From contig CAVZDZ010000005.1 of assembly GCA_963774245.1 (NCBI GenBank), forward strand, positions 343,480 through 407,479: DNA of 64,000 nucleotides, read 5' to 3'. Positions 27,565 to 38,513 of this stretch are shown here, piece after piece (the first letter of the stretch is position 1; every line of letters starts with the position of its first letter). The DNA comes from an uncultured Acidimicrobiaceae bacterium (lineage in GTDB: Bacteria > Actinomycetota > Acidimicrobiia > Acidimicrobiales > RAAP-2). The notes beneath the pieces were generated by a model that was not told where the DNA came from, searched no databases, and saw nothing but the letters and a program-made list of their open reading frames with translations. The position numbers and the translations under genes are program-made.

Positions 27565-29647
27565 GTGAACGCCGAGCCGATGACCGAACCCGTAGACACC
27601 AACCCGCTGGCCGGCCGGCCGTCGGCCACCGGCAAGGTGCGGATCACCGCCCTCGACGGGCTGCGGGCCGTGGCCCTGCTCATGATCATGGGCTACCACT
27701 TCGGGGTGGGGTGGCTCCAGGGGGGCTTCTTCGGCGTGGACATCTTCTATGTCCTGTCCGGCTACCTGATCACCGGCCTCCTGCTCTCCGAGTTCGCCCG
27801 GCGGGGCCGGATCAAGCTCTCGGCCTTCTGGCTGCGCCGGGCCCGGAGGCTGCTGCCCGCCCTGCTCATCGTGTTGGTGGCGGTGACCCTGATGGTCCGG
27901 TTCGCCGAGCCGGCCGGGCTCTACCCCGGGTTCCGGCATGAACGCCCTGTCGGCCCTCTTCTACTTCTCCAACTGGTGGCAGATCCACGCCAGCAGCAAC
28001 TACTTCGTGGCCACCGGGGCCGCCTCCCCGCTCACCCACACCTGGTCCCTGGCCGTGGAGGAGCAGTTCTACCTGGTCTGGCCCCTGGTGGTGCTGGCCG
28101 TGATGCTCCTCGGCCCGCACCTTCGCCCGGGGCGTCCAGGCCCTCTTCGTGGTGTCGGCGGTCGGGGCCCTCGCCTCGGCCCTCGAGATGGCCCTCCTCT
28201 ACAGCCCGACGGCCAACACCACCCGGCTCTACTTCGGGACCGACACCCACGCCCAGTCCATCCTGGTCGGGGCGGCCCTGGCCTGTGCCCTGACCATGAT
28301 CCAGCGCCGGACGGGGGAAGAGGGCATGGCCCCCGAGGCCACGCTCGACGCGGGCCTCGGTCGCCCTGGTCGCCCTCGGCCTGGCCGGCTTCGCCGGCAC
28401 CTTCACCCTCACCTACCTGGAGTCCGGCACCACCCGGCTTCGACTACCAGGGCGGGTTCATCCTCTCCGCCCTGTCGGCGGCGGCCATCATCGTGGCCGC
28501 GGTGTGCGTGCCCGAAGGGCCCGATCGCCCGGACCCTCTCCCTCCGGCCCCTGGTGTGGATCGGGCACCATCTCCTACGGCGCCTACCTCTGGCACTACC
28601 CGGTCTTCGTCTACTTCGACGCCGCCCGGACCGGCCAGGCCGGCTTCCCCCTGCTCGCCATCCGCTTCGCCGCCACCTTCGCCCTGGCCACGGCCAGCTT
28701 CTACCTGGTCGAGCGGCCGGTCATGTACGGCACCTTCTGGCGACAGCTGAAGGCGGCCATCCCGGCCACCGCCCTCATCGTGGCCACCGTGGCCGTGGTC
28801 CTGGCCGGCACGACGGCCGACGCATCGGCCAACCCCACGGTCACGGTCCCCATCCCGGCGGGTCGCCCCGGGACCGGCAGCGTGCCCGTGCTCCTCACCG
28901 GCGACTCCACCGCCCTCACCCTGGGCCTGGCCTTGAGCTACGCGGCGGATCAGTCGAAGGACGGCATCGACGTCATCGACAAGGCGATCGACGGATGCGG
29001 CGTCGCCGAGGGCCGTACCGTGATGTCCGACGGTGTGGTCAACCGGTGCCTGCGTGCCCTGCAATCCGAGTGCGCCCGCCGACCAGCAGTGGCCGGCCCT
29101 GCTCGAGCAGCAGCTGTCCCAGTACCGGCCGCGGGTGGTGATCCTGCTGGCCGGCCGGTGGGAGGTCTACGACCGGTCCGACCTGGCCGGCCGGATCACC
29201 AACATCACCGATCCGAGTTACGCCCGCTACGTCCAGAGCGCAGCTCCAACGGTTCGTGGACGTCGCCTCCTCGAAAGGGGCCAGGTGGTGTTGATGACCG
29301 CGCCGTACTACGACGCCGGCGAGAGCAGCGCGAACGGCCAACCCCTGCCCGAGGACCAGCCCGCAGCGGGTCCTGGACTACAACCGGTCTGGTGCGAGCG
29401 GTGGTCCGGGCCAACCCGAACACGACGACGCTGTCCCCGCTGAATGCGATCGTCTGCCCCGACGGTCACTTCACCTTGACCATCGGCACGGTGGTGGTAC
29501 GGGCGCCGGACGGCGTGCACTTCCCCTTCTTCACCATCTTTTCCAACGACACGGCCCGGGCCGGACACCGTCGCCCAGGTGAACGAGTTCGGCGAGTGGA
29601 TCGGCCCCAAGATCCTCCCGCCCATCGTCAGACTGGCCGAGGGCTAG
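27565..29647 (+). CDS. Membrane O-acyltransferase (acyltransferase-3) fused to a C-terminal SGNH domain (OafA-type); about ten +1 frame changes as assembled
   Basis: ITALDGLRAVALLMIMGYHF..GVDIFYVLSGYLITGLLL. Then THTWSLAVEEQFYLVWPLVVL, ISYGAYLWHYPVFVYF and FYLVERPVM. SGNH block VLLTGDSTALTLGL. Then RVVILLAGRWEVYDR and VRAPDGVHF. These pieces lie in ORFs 27406, 27938, 28149, 28504 and 29033. Stop TAG 29645..29647. Confidence 0.75.
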
Positions 29648-29665
29648 CCGACGGTCGCCCGGCCA

Positions 29666-30879
29666 CTACACCAGGGTGTTGGCGAAGAACGAGCGGGACA
29701 GGAGCGCGGTGATGACGCCCACGATGGCCACCACCGCCCAGAGCAGGGGCAGGGGGATCCGGCGCAGGCAGACGATGGCGGGCGCGGCGAGGACGATGCT
29801 CCGGTTCCACGCCCCGCCGTTGGCCGCATGGAACAGGACCAGCACCACCACGGCGACCCCGGCCAGCGCCGGGTAGATCATGAGGGGATCCCGGACCCGC
29901 CGCCGCCACTGGACGGCGGCGACCACGGCGGCCGCCGGGTGAGGAGCACGGTGATCACCGCCTGGATCCCCAGGAGGGTGGCGGCGAACGTGCTCAGCTT
30001 CTTCTGCTCGAGGGTGTTGTGGGTGAAGACGATCCTGAGGAACTCCTCGCCGGGGAACCCTTTGGCCACCAGGAACTTCTGGGTGTCCAGTATGAAGTAG
30101 GCGTTGTACATCCCCTGGAAGGCGAACTGGTCGTGCAGGACCAGGATGACCACCGAGGTCAGGCCGAGCACGCCCCAGAACGTCCGGCGGATCACCGCGT
30201 CGAGCCCCAGGGGAACCGCCAGGATGACCAGGCCGACGGCGATGCCCCCTGCGGCGAACCAGGCCGACGGGTAACAGAGCCCCGCCGCGGTGAGCAGCAG
30301 GGCGCAGACGATGTAGTGCTCCCGGGAGGCGGACAGGATCGCTCCCACCACGAGGGCGAGGGCCAGGGACGTCGGGAAGATGGCGAAGTTGTAGACGGCC
30401 CCCGGGAAGAGGCCGAAGGCGAGCAGCACGGCCAGGGCCCGACCGGGCGACAGGTCGCGACCCCAGCCCCACCAGACGAGGAACAGGGCCACGGCCAGCG
30501 CCACCCACGAGATGAGCAGCCCGGCGGCTTCCAAGCTGAAGCCGGCCATGTGGCCGACCTTGATCAGCCACGGGTAGCCCGGCAGCCATCCGGCCGTCCC
30601 GCACCAGATCTCGCTGAACGGATTGGGCTGCGATACGAAGGCCGGACTCGAGCATTTGCCGAAGGTCCGTCCCTGCTGGGCGATGGCCAGGTAGTTGAAG
30701 GTGTCCCAACGGGCCCACAGGTTCGGATTGAACTGGAACGGATTGAGGGCCGGGCCCCAGTCCACCCCGACCACGAACCGGCTGACCACCCACGCCACCA
30801 CGGTCAGGAGCAGTCCGGTGCCGAGCGAGGCCCGCGGCCCGGCCTGCTGTTCGGTGCTGGTAGGAGTCGATGTGGGCAT
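29666..30879 (-). CDS. Polytopic membrane protein, PIG-V/mannosyltransferase-like GT-C candidate; one frame change (~29900) as assembled
   Basis: From ATG 30879: MPTSTPTSTEQQ..LLLTVVAWVVSRF..NLWARWDTFNYLAIAQQG..WLPGYPWLI, followed by many hydrophobic segments (tail of ORF 29878..32643, then ORF 29666..30793). The 'WD..Y..IA..G' loop after TM1 is what I recall for the PIG-V family (memory only). Confidence 0.45.
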
Positions 30880-30938
30880 CGAAGGGAGCGTTTCCGGTGC
30901 GGTGGGCGGGTTGAGGTCGGCCGGGGCCGACGAGGAGA

Positions 30939-33612
30939 CTAACCGACGGCCCGTCGGGCCCCCTGGCTGCGCTCCCGGCCCGGCCGCGGCCCGGTCAGGT
31001 CCAGCGCCAACGCCTCGGTCAGGGTGGCGCCCAGCCCGGAGCCCTCCCGCTCGCCGAAGGCCACGTTGACGGCCAGACGCTCGAGGATCTGCTCCACCGT
31101 CTTGCCCCCGGCGGGCAGCGGGTGGGTCTCGACGAAGGCGGTCACCTGCGTCGGCCAGCTCGGCGGGGCGCACAGGCCCCGCACCCCGTCGAGCATGCGG
31201 GGGAGGATGTTGGACGGGAACTTGGCCACCAGCGAGTCCCACTCCTCGGTGACCCGCTGCCAGGCCGCCGGCCCGGTGACCCGGTTGGCCACCAGCGACT
31301 GCAGCACGAAGGGGGCGTTCTGGGTGCGCACCTCGGAGAGGGCCAGATCGAAGGTCCGGGCGGCCAGGTCGGGATCGGTGAACGAGGCCAGGGCGTAGAG
31401 GTAGCGGTTCTCCTCTTGGGGGTTGGCCGGGTTGCGGTAGCGGGCCAGGAAGGCCTCGAACTCGGCGGCCCCGCCGACCGAGGCCACGATGTCGAGGATG
31501 GCCGACTCGGTGTCGGGGTGCGAGCGGCGTCGGCGGCGGCCGCGGCGAACCGGCGGGCGGCCTCGGCCTCGGATGTCGGGGTCGTCGCCGATGGTGCCCA
31601 GGGTCCGCAGCACCGACGAGCGCAGGGCCGGGGTGCGCTCGTCGTCGTCGGCCCGCGGATCCCACCCGAGGTCGCTCGGGCCAGCGGGCCCGAGCAGGGT
31701 GCGGACGGCCAGGGTCAGGATCGGGCGGTCGCCGTCGGGGACCACCCGGTCGAGCAGCCCGAGCGCCCCGAGCACCACCGACCACACGCTCGGGTCGCCC
31801 TCGGCCGAGTCGACCAGCGACCCGGGCCAGGCGCAAGCAGGTCGGACAGCGGGGCCCGCCCGGACAGCGCCGCGGCCCAGGTGTCGGAGACCAGGTTGTA
31901 GCGCTCGAGCGGGTTGCGAGCTCGGACAGCCGGCCGGCCAGCACGCTCGACCATGGCCGTCGGGTAGGCGACGCGGTAGTAGCCCGAACCGCCGGCGTTG
32001 ACCAGGGCGCCGGGCTCGGCCGGCGGCCCGGCCGTCGGCCCCCTGCAGCAGGACGGGCAGCGGCTCGTAGGTGCCGTCCGCGTCGAGCGACCGGGTGAGG
32101 ACCGGCACCTGCCAGTCGGGAGCCGATGGCCCCGCCCGGCTCGCCCCGGTAGGAGAAGGGCTCCTGGGTCAGCGACGCCGTCGTCGCCCACCCGGACCAG
32201 CGGGTAGCCGCCCTGGTTGATCCAGGTGTCCATGATGGCCGCGCACCGCCCGCCCGCTCGAGCGCTCGAGCGCGTCCCACAGGTCGGAGGTCTCGGTGTT
32301 GCCGTGGCTGTGGGTGGTCAGGTAGTCGTTGATGCCCCTCGCGGAAGACGTCCGGCGCCGATGAACTGCTCGAGCATGCGCAGCACGCTGCCGCCCTTCT
32401 GGTAGGTGAGGACGTCGAACATGCCCTGCGGCCTCCTCGGGCCGGCCGACCGGAAACTCGACCGGGCGGGTGGCGTGGAGCCCGTCGACGGCCATGGCCG
32501 CCTCCCGCTCGACGCCGAAGCTGACCCACCGCTGCCACTCGGGCCGGAAGGCGTCGACGGCCAGCACCTCCATGAAGGTGGCGAAGGCCTCGTTGAGCCA
32601 GATCCCGTTCCACCACTTCATGGTGACCAGGTCGCCGAACCACATGTGGGCGATCTCGTGGCAGACCACGTCGGCCACCCGTTCGAGCTCGACCCGGGCG
32701 GCCTGGCCGGGGTCGACCAGCAGGACCGACTCGCGGAAGGTCACGCAGCCCAGGTTCTCCATGGCCCCGAAGGCGAAGTCGGGGATGGCCACCAGGTCGA
32801 GCTTGTCGGCCGGGTAGGGGATGCCGAAGTAGTCGGTGAAGAAGCGGAGGGCGTGGGCCCCGACCGGTCGAGGGCGAAGCCGGTCAGGTGGCCCTTGCCG
32901 GGCGGGTGGACGATGCGCGAGGGGCACGCCGTCGACGTCGACCGGGTCGGTGGCCTCGAGCGGGCCCACGATGAAGGCGACCAGGTAGGTGGACATGACC
33001 ATGGTCGGCGCGAACCGGACCCGCCGGCCGTCCGCCGGGCTCGGGGGTCTCCTCGACCACCGCGGCCGTTGGAGTAGGCGGCCAGGGCGTCGTCGACGAC
33101 CAGGGTGATCTCGAAGGTGGCCTTGAGGTCGGGCTCGTCCCAGCAGGGGAAGGCCCGGCGGGCGTCGGTCGACTCCATCTGGGTGGTGGCGATGACGTGC
33201 TCCGTGCCCGGCGTCGTCGGTGAAGGTGGACCGGTAGAAGCCGTGGAGCTTGTCGTTGAGGATGCCGGTGAAGACGCAGGTGCAGGGTGGCCGGCCCCGG
33301 CCGGCAGCGGCTCGGCGAAGGTCAGCGTGGCCCGCTCCTCGTCGGCGTCGAGGTCGATGCCGGTGGGGGTGAGGGCGTAGCCGCCGTCGGGGTCGGCCAT
33401 CGTTGAGCTCGGCGAAGCTGATCTCGAGCTCGGCGGCGTTGAGGGTGATCGTCGGCGGTGGGCTCGCTCGACGGTGACGTCGATCTCGACGTCACCGGTG
33501 AAGGTGGCGGCGGGCAGGTCGGGGGTCAGGACCAGCCGGTAGGCGCGGGGGCGCACCGTGGTGGGCAGCCGGTAGGCGGGGGCATCGGTCGTCGGTCGGT
33601 CGGAGCGCTCAT
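30939..33612 (-). CDS. pepN: Aminopeptidase N (M1 family); multiple frame changes as assembled
   Basis: [14 protein letters not shown] and [32 protein letters not shown] (GAMEN plus HExxH-x18-E) in ORF 32169..33002. N-terminal beta domain in 32741..33556. ERAP1-like C-terminal domain in 30939..32108. Start MSAPTDR at 33612. Confidence 0.9.
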
Positions 33613-33635
33613 GTGGGGCAGGCTACCGTCGGGCC

Positions 33636-34705
33636 GTGCATACCGACCTGCCAACCGACACGTCGACCGATCGGCGTGTCCGGGACGGCCGGGGACCCGC
33701 CGCCGACTCGACGTGGTCGCCGTCGGCAACGCACTGGTCGACGTGCTGGCCTCGGCCACCGACGAGGACCTCGTGGCCCTCGGTCTGGTCAAGGGGACCA
33801 TGGCCATCGTCGACCTGGCCCGGTCCGGAGGCCATCTACGCCACCATGGGGCCGACCACCGACGGCCTCGGGCGGCTCGGCCGCCAACACCGCGGCCGGC
33901 GTGGCCGCCCTCGGCGGACGGGCGGCCTTCCTCGGCCGGGTGGCCGACGACGGCTTCGGCCAGGCCTTCACCCACGACATCCGCTCCATCGGGGTGGCCT
34001 TCGACCCCAAGCCCGACGCCGGCCGTGCCCGGGCCAGACGGTGACCGGCCACTGCCTGGTGCTGGTCACCGACGACGCCGAGCGCACCATGGCCACCCAT
34101 CTCGGGGTGGCGTCCGACTTCGGCTCGGTCGACCTGCACGACGGCCACCTCTCCTCGGCCCAGGTCGTCTACCTCGAGGGCTACCTGTGGGAGCAGCCGT
34201 CGGCCAAGGCGGCCATGCGCGAGGCCATCGAGGTGGCCCACGCGCAGCGACGCCGCCGTGGCCCTCACCCTGTCCGACCCGTTCTGCGTCGAGCACCACC
34301 GGGCCGAGTTCCTCGAGCTGCTGAACGGCGACCTCGAGATGCTCTTCGCCAACGAGGAGGAGATCATGCTGCTCTTCGGGGCGTCCGACTTCGACGCCGC
34401 GGTGGACGCGGTGACCGAGACCGGCGTGCTGGCCGTGCTGACCCGGGGGGCGGCCGGGTCGCGTGGTGGTCACCGCCTCGGGCCCGGTGGCGGTGCCGGC
34501 CGCCCCGGTCGACCGGGTGGTGGACACGACCGGAGCCGGGGACCTCTTCGCCGCCGGCTTCCTCTACGGGATCACCAACGGCCTGTCCCCCGAGGAGTCG
34601 GCCCGCCTGGGCGGGGTGTGCGCGGCCGAGGTCATCTCCCACGTCGGGGCCCGTCCCCAGGCCGACCTGCGGGCGCTGGCCGTCGAGGCCGGTCTGTTCG
34701 GCTGA
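33636..34705 (+). CDS. PfkB-family carbohydrate/adenosine kinase; several frame changes as assembled
   Basis: DVVAVGNALVDVLA, GGSAANTAAGVAALGG, NEEEIMLLFG, VVDTTGAGDLFAAGFLYG. These are spread over ORFs 33458, 33613, 33636, 34258 and 34463. Confidence 0.8.
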
Positions 34706-35342
34706 CCCGGCTCGGTCCGGCCGGCGGATCGGCGTCGGTCAGCCGGGGCGGGCTGTCGGTCGGGAGGTAGGTGAAGGGGAGATCACCGATCCGCACCAGC
34801 ACCGAGGCCACCGTCCGCCCCAGCGGGGCCAGGGCGGCGTCGAGGGTCTCGGGGTGCTCGAGGATGGACTCGTCCAGCTGGCACGATCCCTCGTAGGAGA
34901 CCTCGATGGCGCACTCGTTCCCCTCGAGGCTCTCGCTCAGCACCTGCTCGATGGTGGCCGATCCCCGCGCCAGCGGCTCCTCGCCCAGGACGTCGATGTG
35001 GGCCGGGAGCACCTCGAGCAGCGGGCCCACCTCGGGGACCCGGTCGAGACCCTGGATCCGGAAGGCGATCTCCACCAGCACCTCGGGCGCCTCGTCGGGC
35101 TCCTCGCCGATGGCCCAGCTCCGGTAGGAGGTCTGGCTCCAGGTCGGCCAGTCCAGGCTGGTGTCCACCCGGATGCGGGCCGGGCGCTCCTCGCCGGGCA
35201 GGCTGTAGGACGTCTCGAAGCTCACGTCGCCCAGGAAGACATCGACCTGGAACCGCTCCTCCACCGCCTGGCGCTGGAGGAGCGCGGACTCGAAGGCGTG
35301 CCGATGGGAGCCGACGAGCTGGGTGAAGATGTGGTCGAGCAT
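34632..35342 (-). CDS. Hypothetical protein
   Basis: Uninterrupted 236-aa ORF with a coding-like, non-repetitive composition (MLDHIFTQLVGSHRHAFESALLQRQAVEERF..). No motif recognised. The last ~25 codons overlap the convergent kinase gene, so the true 3' end may be shorter. Confidence 0.45.
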   Translation of the reverse strand: MLDHIFTQLVGSHRHAFESALLQRQAVEERFQVDVFLGDVSFETSYSLPGEERPARIRVDTSLDWPTWSQTSYRSWAIGEEPDEAPEVLVEIAFRIQGLDRVPEVGPLLEVLPAHIDVLGEEPLARGSATIEQVLSESLEGNECAIEVSYEGSCQLDESILEHPETLDAALAPLGRTVASVLVRIGDLPFTYLPTDSPPRLTDADPPAGPSRVSRTDRPRRPAPAGRPGDGPRRGR

Positions 35343-35368
35343 GGCGGGGCAGAGGCTACCGTTCTTCC

Positions 35369-36251
35369 ATGGCCGGCTCTCCCCATGCGCCCCGGTCCAC
35401 GCGCTGGCTGGACCGCCGGGTCATCGCCTACGCCCATCAGGGCGGAGCGTGGGAGGCGCCCTCCTCCACCCTGTACGCCATCGCCGCCGCCGTCGAGGCG
35501 GGAGCCACCGGCGTCGAGCTCGACGTCCACGCCACCTCCGACGGGCAGCTGGTGGTGTGCCACGACCCGACGGTGGACCGCACCACCGACGGCACCGGCG
35601 CAGATCGCCGACCTGACCCTGGAGCAGCTCCGGCGGCTGGACAACGCCTACTGGTGGGCTCCCGGCGCCGACGTGTCCCCCGGCCTCGATCCGGACCAGT
35701 ATCCCTTCCGGGGCCGCGCCCCCGACGACCCCCGGTTCGGGATCGCCCCGCTGGAGGCGGTGCTGGAGGAGTTCCCCGGGGTGGTCCTCAACCTCGACAT
35801 CAAGCAGACCGCGCCCGTGGTGGCTCCCTACGAGGAGGCGCTGGCCGCCATGCTGCGCCGGTTCGGCCGGGCCGACGACGTCATCGTGGCCTCGTTCATC
35901 GACTCGGCCACCGACGCCTTCTCCTCGTTCGCCCCGGAGGTCCCCACCTCGGCCGGCACCCTGACCTCGGCCGCCTTCCTCCAGTCGGTGCGGGCCGGCG
36001 AGGTGCCGGCCCCGATGCGCCACGTGGCTCTGCAGGTCCCGGCCCGCTACGGCGAGATCGTCCTGGTCGACGAGCGCTTCGTGGCCGTGGCCCACGAGCA
36101 GGGGTTGGCCGTCCACGTGTGGACCATCGAGGAGGAGGCGGAGATGGAGCAGCTGTGCGCACTCGGCGTGGACGGGATCATCACCGACCGTCCGTCCGCG
36201 CTGGTCGGGGTGCTCGACCGCCTCGGAGGCGCGTGGCAGCCCCGGGGATGA
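35369..36251 (+). CDS. Glycerophosphodiester phosphodiesterase; one frame change (~35600) as assembled
   Basis: IAYAHQGGAWEAPSSTLYAIAAAVEAGATGVELDVHATSDGQLVVCHDPTVDRTTDGTG (ORF 35369). Then IADLTLEQLRRLD..LNLDIK..HVWTIEEEAEMEQLCALGVDGIITDRP (frame of ORF 33636..36251). Confidence 0.85.
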
Positions 36252-36319
36252 TGCGGGAGGGGCGAAGCGGGTGGCGTCGGGGCCGGGTCAGGCCGCCGGG
36301 CGCGGGTACGGCGGCGGGG

Positions 36320-36403
36320 TCAGCCCCGGCCGCAGTTGGGCTTCTTGCCGTGGTTGGCCTTCTTCTTGGCCCGGAGCTTGCGCTTGTTGGTTCGTTTGGA
36401 CAC
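36320..36403 (-). CDS. 50S ribosomal protein bL37 (actinobacterial small basic protein), 27 aa
   Basis: Below the ORF-track size cut-off. Hand translation from GTG 36403: VSKRTNKRKLRAKKKANHGKKPNCGRG*. The KANHGK(R/K)PN core matches my memory of mycobacterial bL37 (MSKRGRK..KANHGKRPN.). Confidence 0.65.
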   Translation of the reverse strand: MSKRTNKRKLRAKKKANHGKKPNCGRG

Positions 36404-36457
36404 AGTTCGGACATGCTACTCGGCCCGGCTGACCGGGCAGCGAACCGGGAGGGCGCG

Positions 36458-36787
36458 GTGAGCTGGCTGCTCCGCGGGGGGGACGTGCTGGCCGCCGCCG
36501 AGGTGGCGGAGACCTTCGGCCAGCGGACCAAGGGGCTGCTCGGCCGGACCGGCTACGAGGGGGCCCTGGTGCTCCCTCGGACCCGGTCGGTGCACACCTT
36601 CGGCATGCGGTTCGCCATCGACGTGGCCCTGTGCGACAAGGAGCTGGCGGTGATCCGGGTGACCACCCTCCGTCCCTGGCGGATGTGCCTTCCGGTCCGG
36701 CGGGGCCGTTCGGTCATCGAGGCCGAGGCCGGTGCCTTCGAACGGTGGGGCCTCAAGCCGGGCGACCGGCTGGAGCTGCGAGGGTGA
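36458..36787 (+). CDS. DUF192 family protein
   Basis: Tail of the ORF 35369..36787 frame: VSWLLRGGDVLAAAEVAETFGQRTKGLLGRTGYEGALVLPRTRSVHTFGMRFAIDVALCD..IEAEAGAFERWGLKPGDRLEL. GTG 36458 follows GGGAGGG. ATG 36413 is an alternative start. Confidence 0.7.
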   Translation: MSWLLRGGDVLAAAEVAETFGQRTKGLLGRTGYEGALVLPRTRSVHTFGMRFAIDVALCDKELAVIRVTTLRPWRMCLPVRRGRSVIEAEAGAFERWGLKPGDRLELRG

Positions 36788-37938
36788 CCGACCCGGGCGC
36801 GGCCGGCCCCGACGGTGGGGCGGAGCTCGATCCCGACATCCTCGAGGAGCTGGAGTTCTGGGGCGGGCCCGAGGACGAGCCCGGGTCATCCGAGGCCGCC
36901 GGGCTGGAGGACGGAGGCGGGGCCGCCGGCGGCACCGTTCGCCCTCCGACCCGACCACGGAAGGATCGGCGGGCGCGCTGGTGTTGGTCGGCACCCCGAT
37001 CGGCAACCTGGGCGATCTCTCCCCCGAGGGCGGTCGAGGTGCTGCCGGACCGCCGACGTCGTCTACTGCGAGGACACCCGGCACTCCCGCAAGCTGCTGA
37101 CCCACGCCGGCATCACCGGCGCGTCCCTGCGATCGCTGCACGAGCACAACGAGGACGACCGGATCGCCGAGGTGGTGGCCGTCGGTCGGGGCCGGGCGCA
37201 CGGTGGCCGTCGTCAGCGATGCCGGCATGCCGGGGATCTCCGATCCGGGCAGCCGGCTGGTGGCGGCGGCGGCCCGGGCCGGCTTGACCGTGACCGTGGT
37301 CCCGGGCCCTCGGCGGTGCTGGCCGCCCTGGTGGTCGAGCGGGCTGGCCACCGACCGGTTCGTGCTTCGAGGGGTTCCTGCCCCGGTCGGGCCGCGAGCG
37401 TCGGGACCGGTTGGCCGCGGTGGCCGCCGAGCCCCGGACGACGGTGCTGTTCGAGGCCCCGGGCCGGGTGGCCGCCACCCTGGCCGACCTGGCCGCCTCG
37501 GGTGGGACGGCCCGTCGAGGTGGCGGTGGCCCGCGAGCTGACCAAGCTCCACGAGGAGTTCTGGCGGGGCACCGCTGGCGCAGGCGGTGGCGTGGGCCGG
37601 GGCCCACGCCGTGCGGGGCGAGGTGGTGCTGGTCCTGGCCGGCGCCCCCGAGGTCGAGGAGCGGTGGCGGTGGGCGACGAGGTGCTGGCGGCGGCCCTGG
37701 CCGAACGCCTCGAGGCCGGGGAGCGGACCCGAGGCGTGGTCGACGACGGTCGCCGCGGCCTTCGGGGTCCCGCCGCCGGCGGGTCTACGACCTGGCCCTG
37801 GCCGCCCAGGGCGAGGCGGGGTCGAAAGTGGCCCGGACCGGGTCGGGGTCGGAGCCCGATGCGTCGGCTCGGCTGGAATGCCACCGGGCGGCGCTCACCG
37901 GACCGGCTCGCGGCCCCAGTGGCGCAGGAGCCGGCTGA
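36784..37938 (+). CDS. rsmI: 16S rRNA (cytidine1402-2'-O)-methyltransferase; many +1 frame changes as assembled; both ends uncertain
   Basis: [16 protein letters not shown] / RAVEVLPD / [21 protein letters not shown] / [19 protein letters not shown] / [24 protein letters not shown] / [10 protein letters not shown] / [18 protein letters not shown], spread over all three forward frames. GTG 36784 overlaps the DUF192 stop. Confidence 0.8.
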
Positions 37939-37970
37939 CCAGGTCCGATCGCCGGCTGCGACCGCGCGGC

Positions 37971-38436
37971 TCAGCGGAGCTCGGTGAGGGCCCGTCGGAC
38001 GTAGGGCCGGAGGGGCAGGTCGGCAGCCCCGTCGAGGGGGACCCACCGGGCGACGTCCGACGACCCGCCCACCTCGTCCCGGAGGTCCCGAGTGGGAGTC
38101 GGACGCCGTAGATGATCCGGAGGGTGTGCAGGCTGGCCCCGTCGGGCAGGGTGAAGACGTCGGAGAGGATGCCGAGCAGGGCGCCCGACCCCGACCTCGA
38201 GCCCGGTCTCCTCGGCGAACTCGCGACGCAGTCCGGCGACCGGGTCCTCGCCGTGGTCGAGCCCGCCGCCGGGGAGGAACCACTGCCCGGCCACGGTCAG
38301 GTGCGGGGCCGCCCGCACCAGCAGGACCTGCTGTCGGCGCCGTCCTCGCAGATGCCGTAGACGGCCACCCGCTGCGGTCGACGGCGCCGCGTGCTCGCGG
38401 ACCGGGTCCGTGCCCGATGGCGGTCAGGCGATCCAC
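37971..38436 (-). CDS. NUDIX hydrolase; frame changes as assembled
   Basis: WFLPGGGLDHGEDPVAGLRREFAEETGLEV (Nudix box GX5EX7REUXEEXGU) in ORF 37971..38318. Upstream part RVAVYGICEDGAD in another frame. The start is approximate. Confidence 0.7.
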
Positions 38437-38513
38437 GGATCGGTGCCGGCGCTCGCGGCGAGGGCCGGTCCGATGTGCGGGCGGGGGGCGCCCGGTCGGT
38501 ACGCTACCGGGCA

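Noticed and set aside
29878-32643. 921-aa minus-strand ORF that looks like one giant protein.
   Set aside because: It is a chimera of an out-of-frame reading through pepN (Arg/Pro/Gly-rich) and the genuine PIG-V-like membrane protein, which starts at ATG 30879.
34632-34705. 74-nt convergent overlap between the hypothetical gene (34632..35342) and the PfkB kinase 3' end, as a possible antisense-regulation feature.
   Set aside because: In this error-dense region, the extended tail of the hypothetical ORF (..PRLTDADPPAGPSRVSRTDRPRRPAPAGRPGDGPRRGR) looks like out-of-frame low complexity. The overlap is probably an artefact of a missed frame change.
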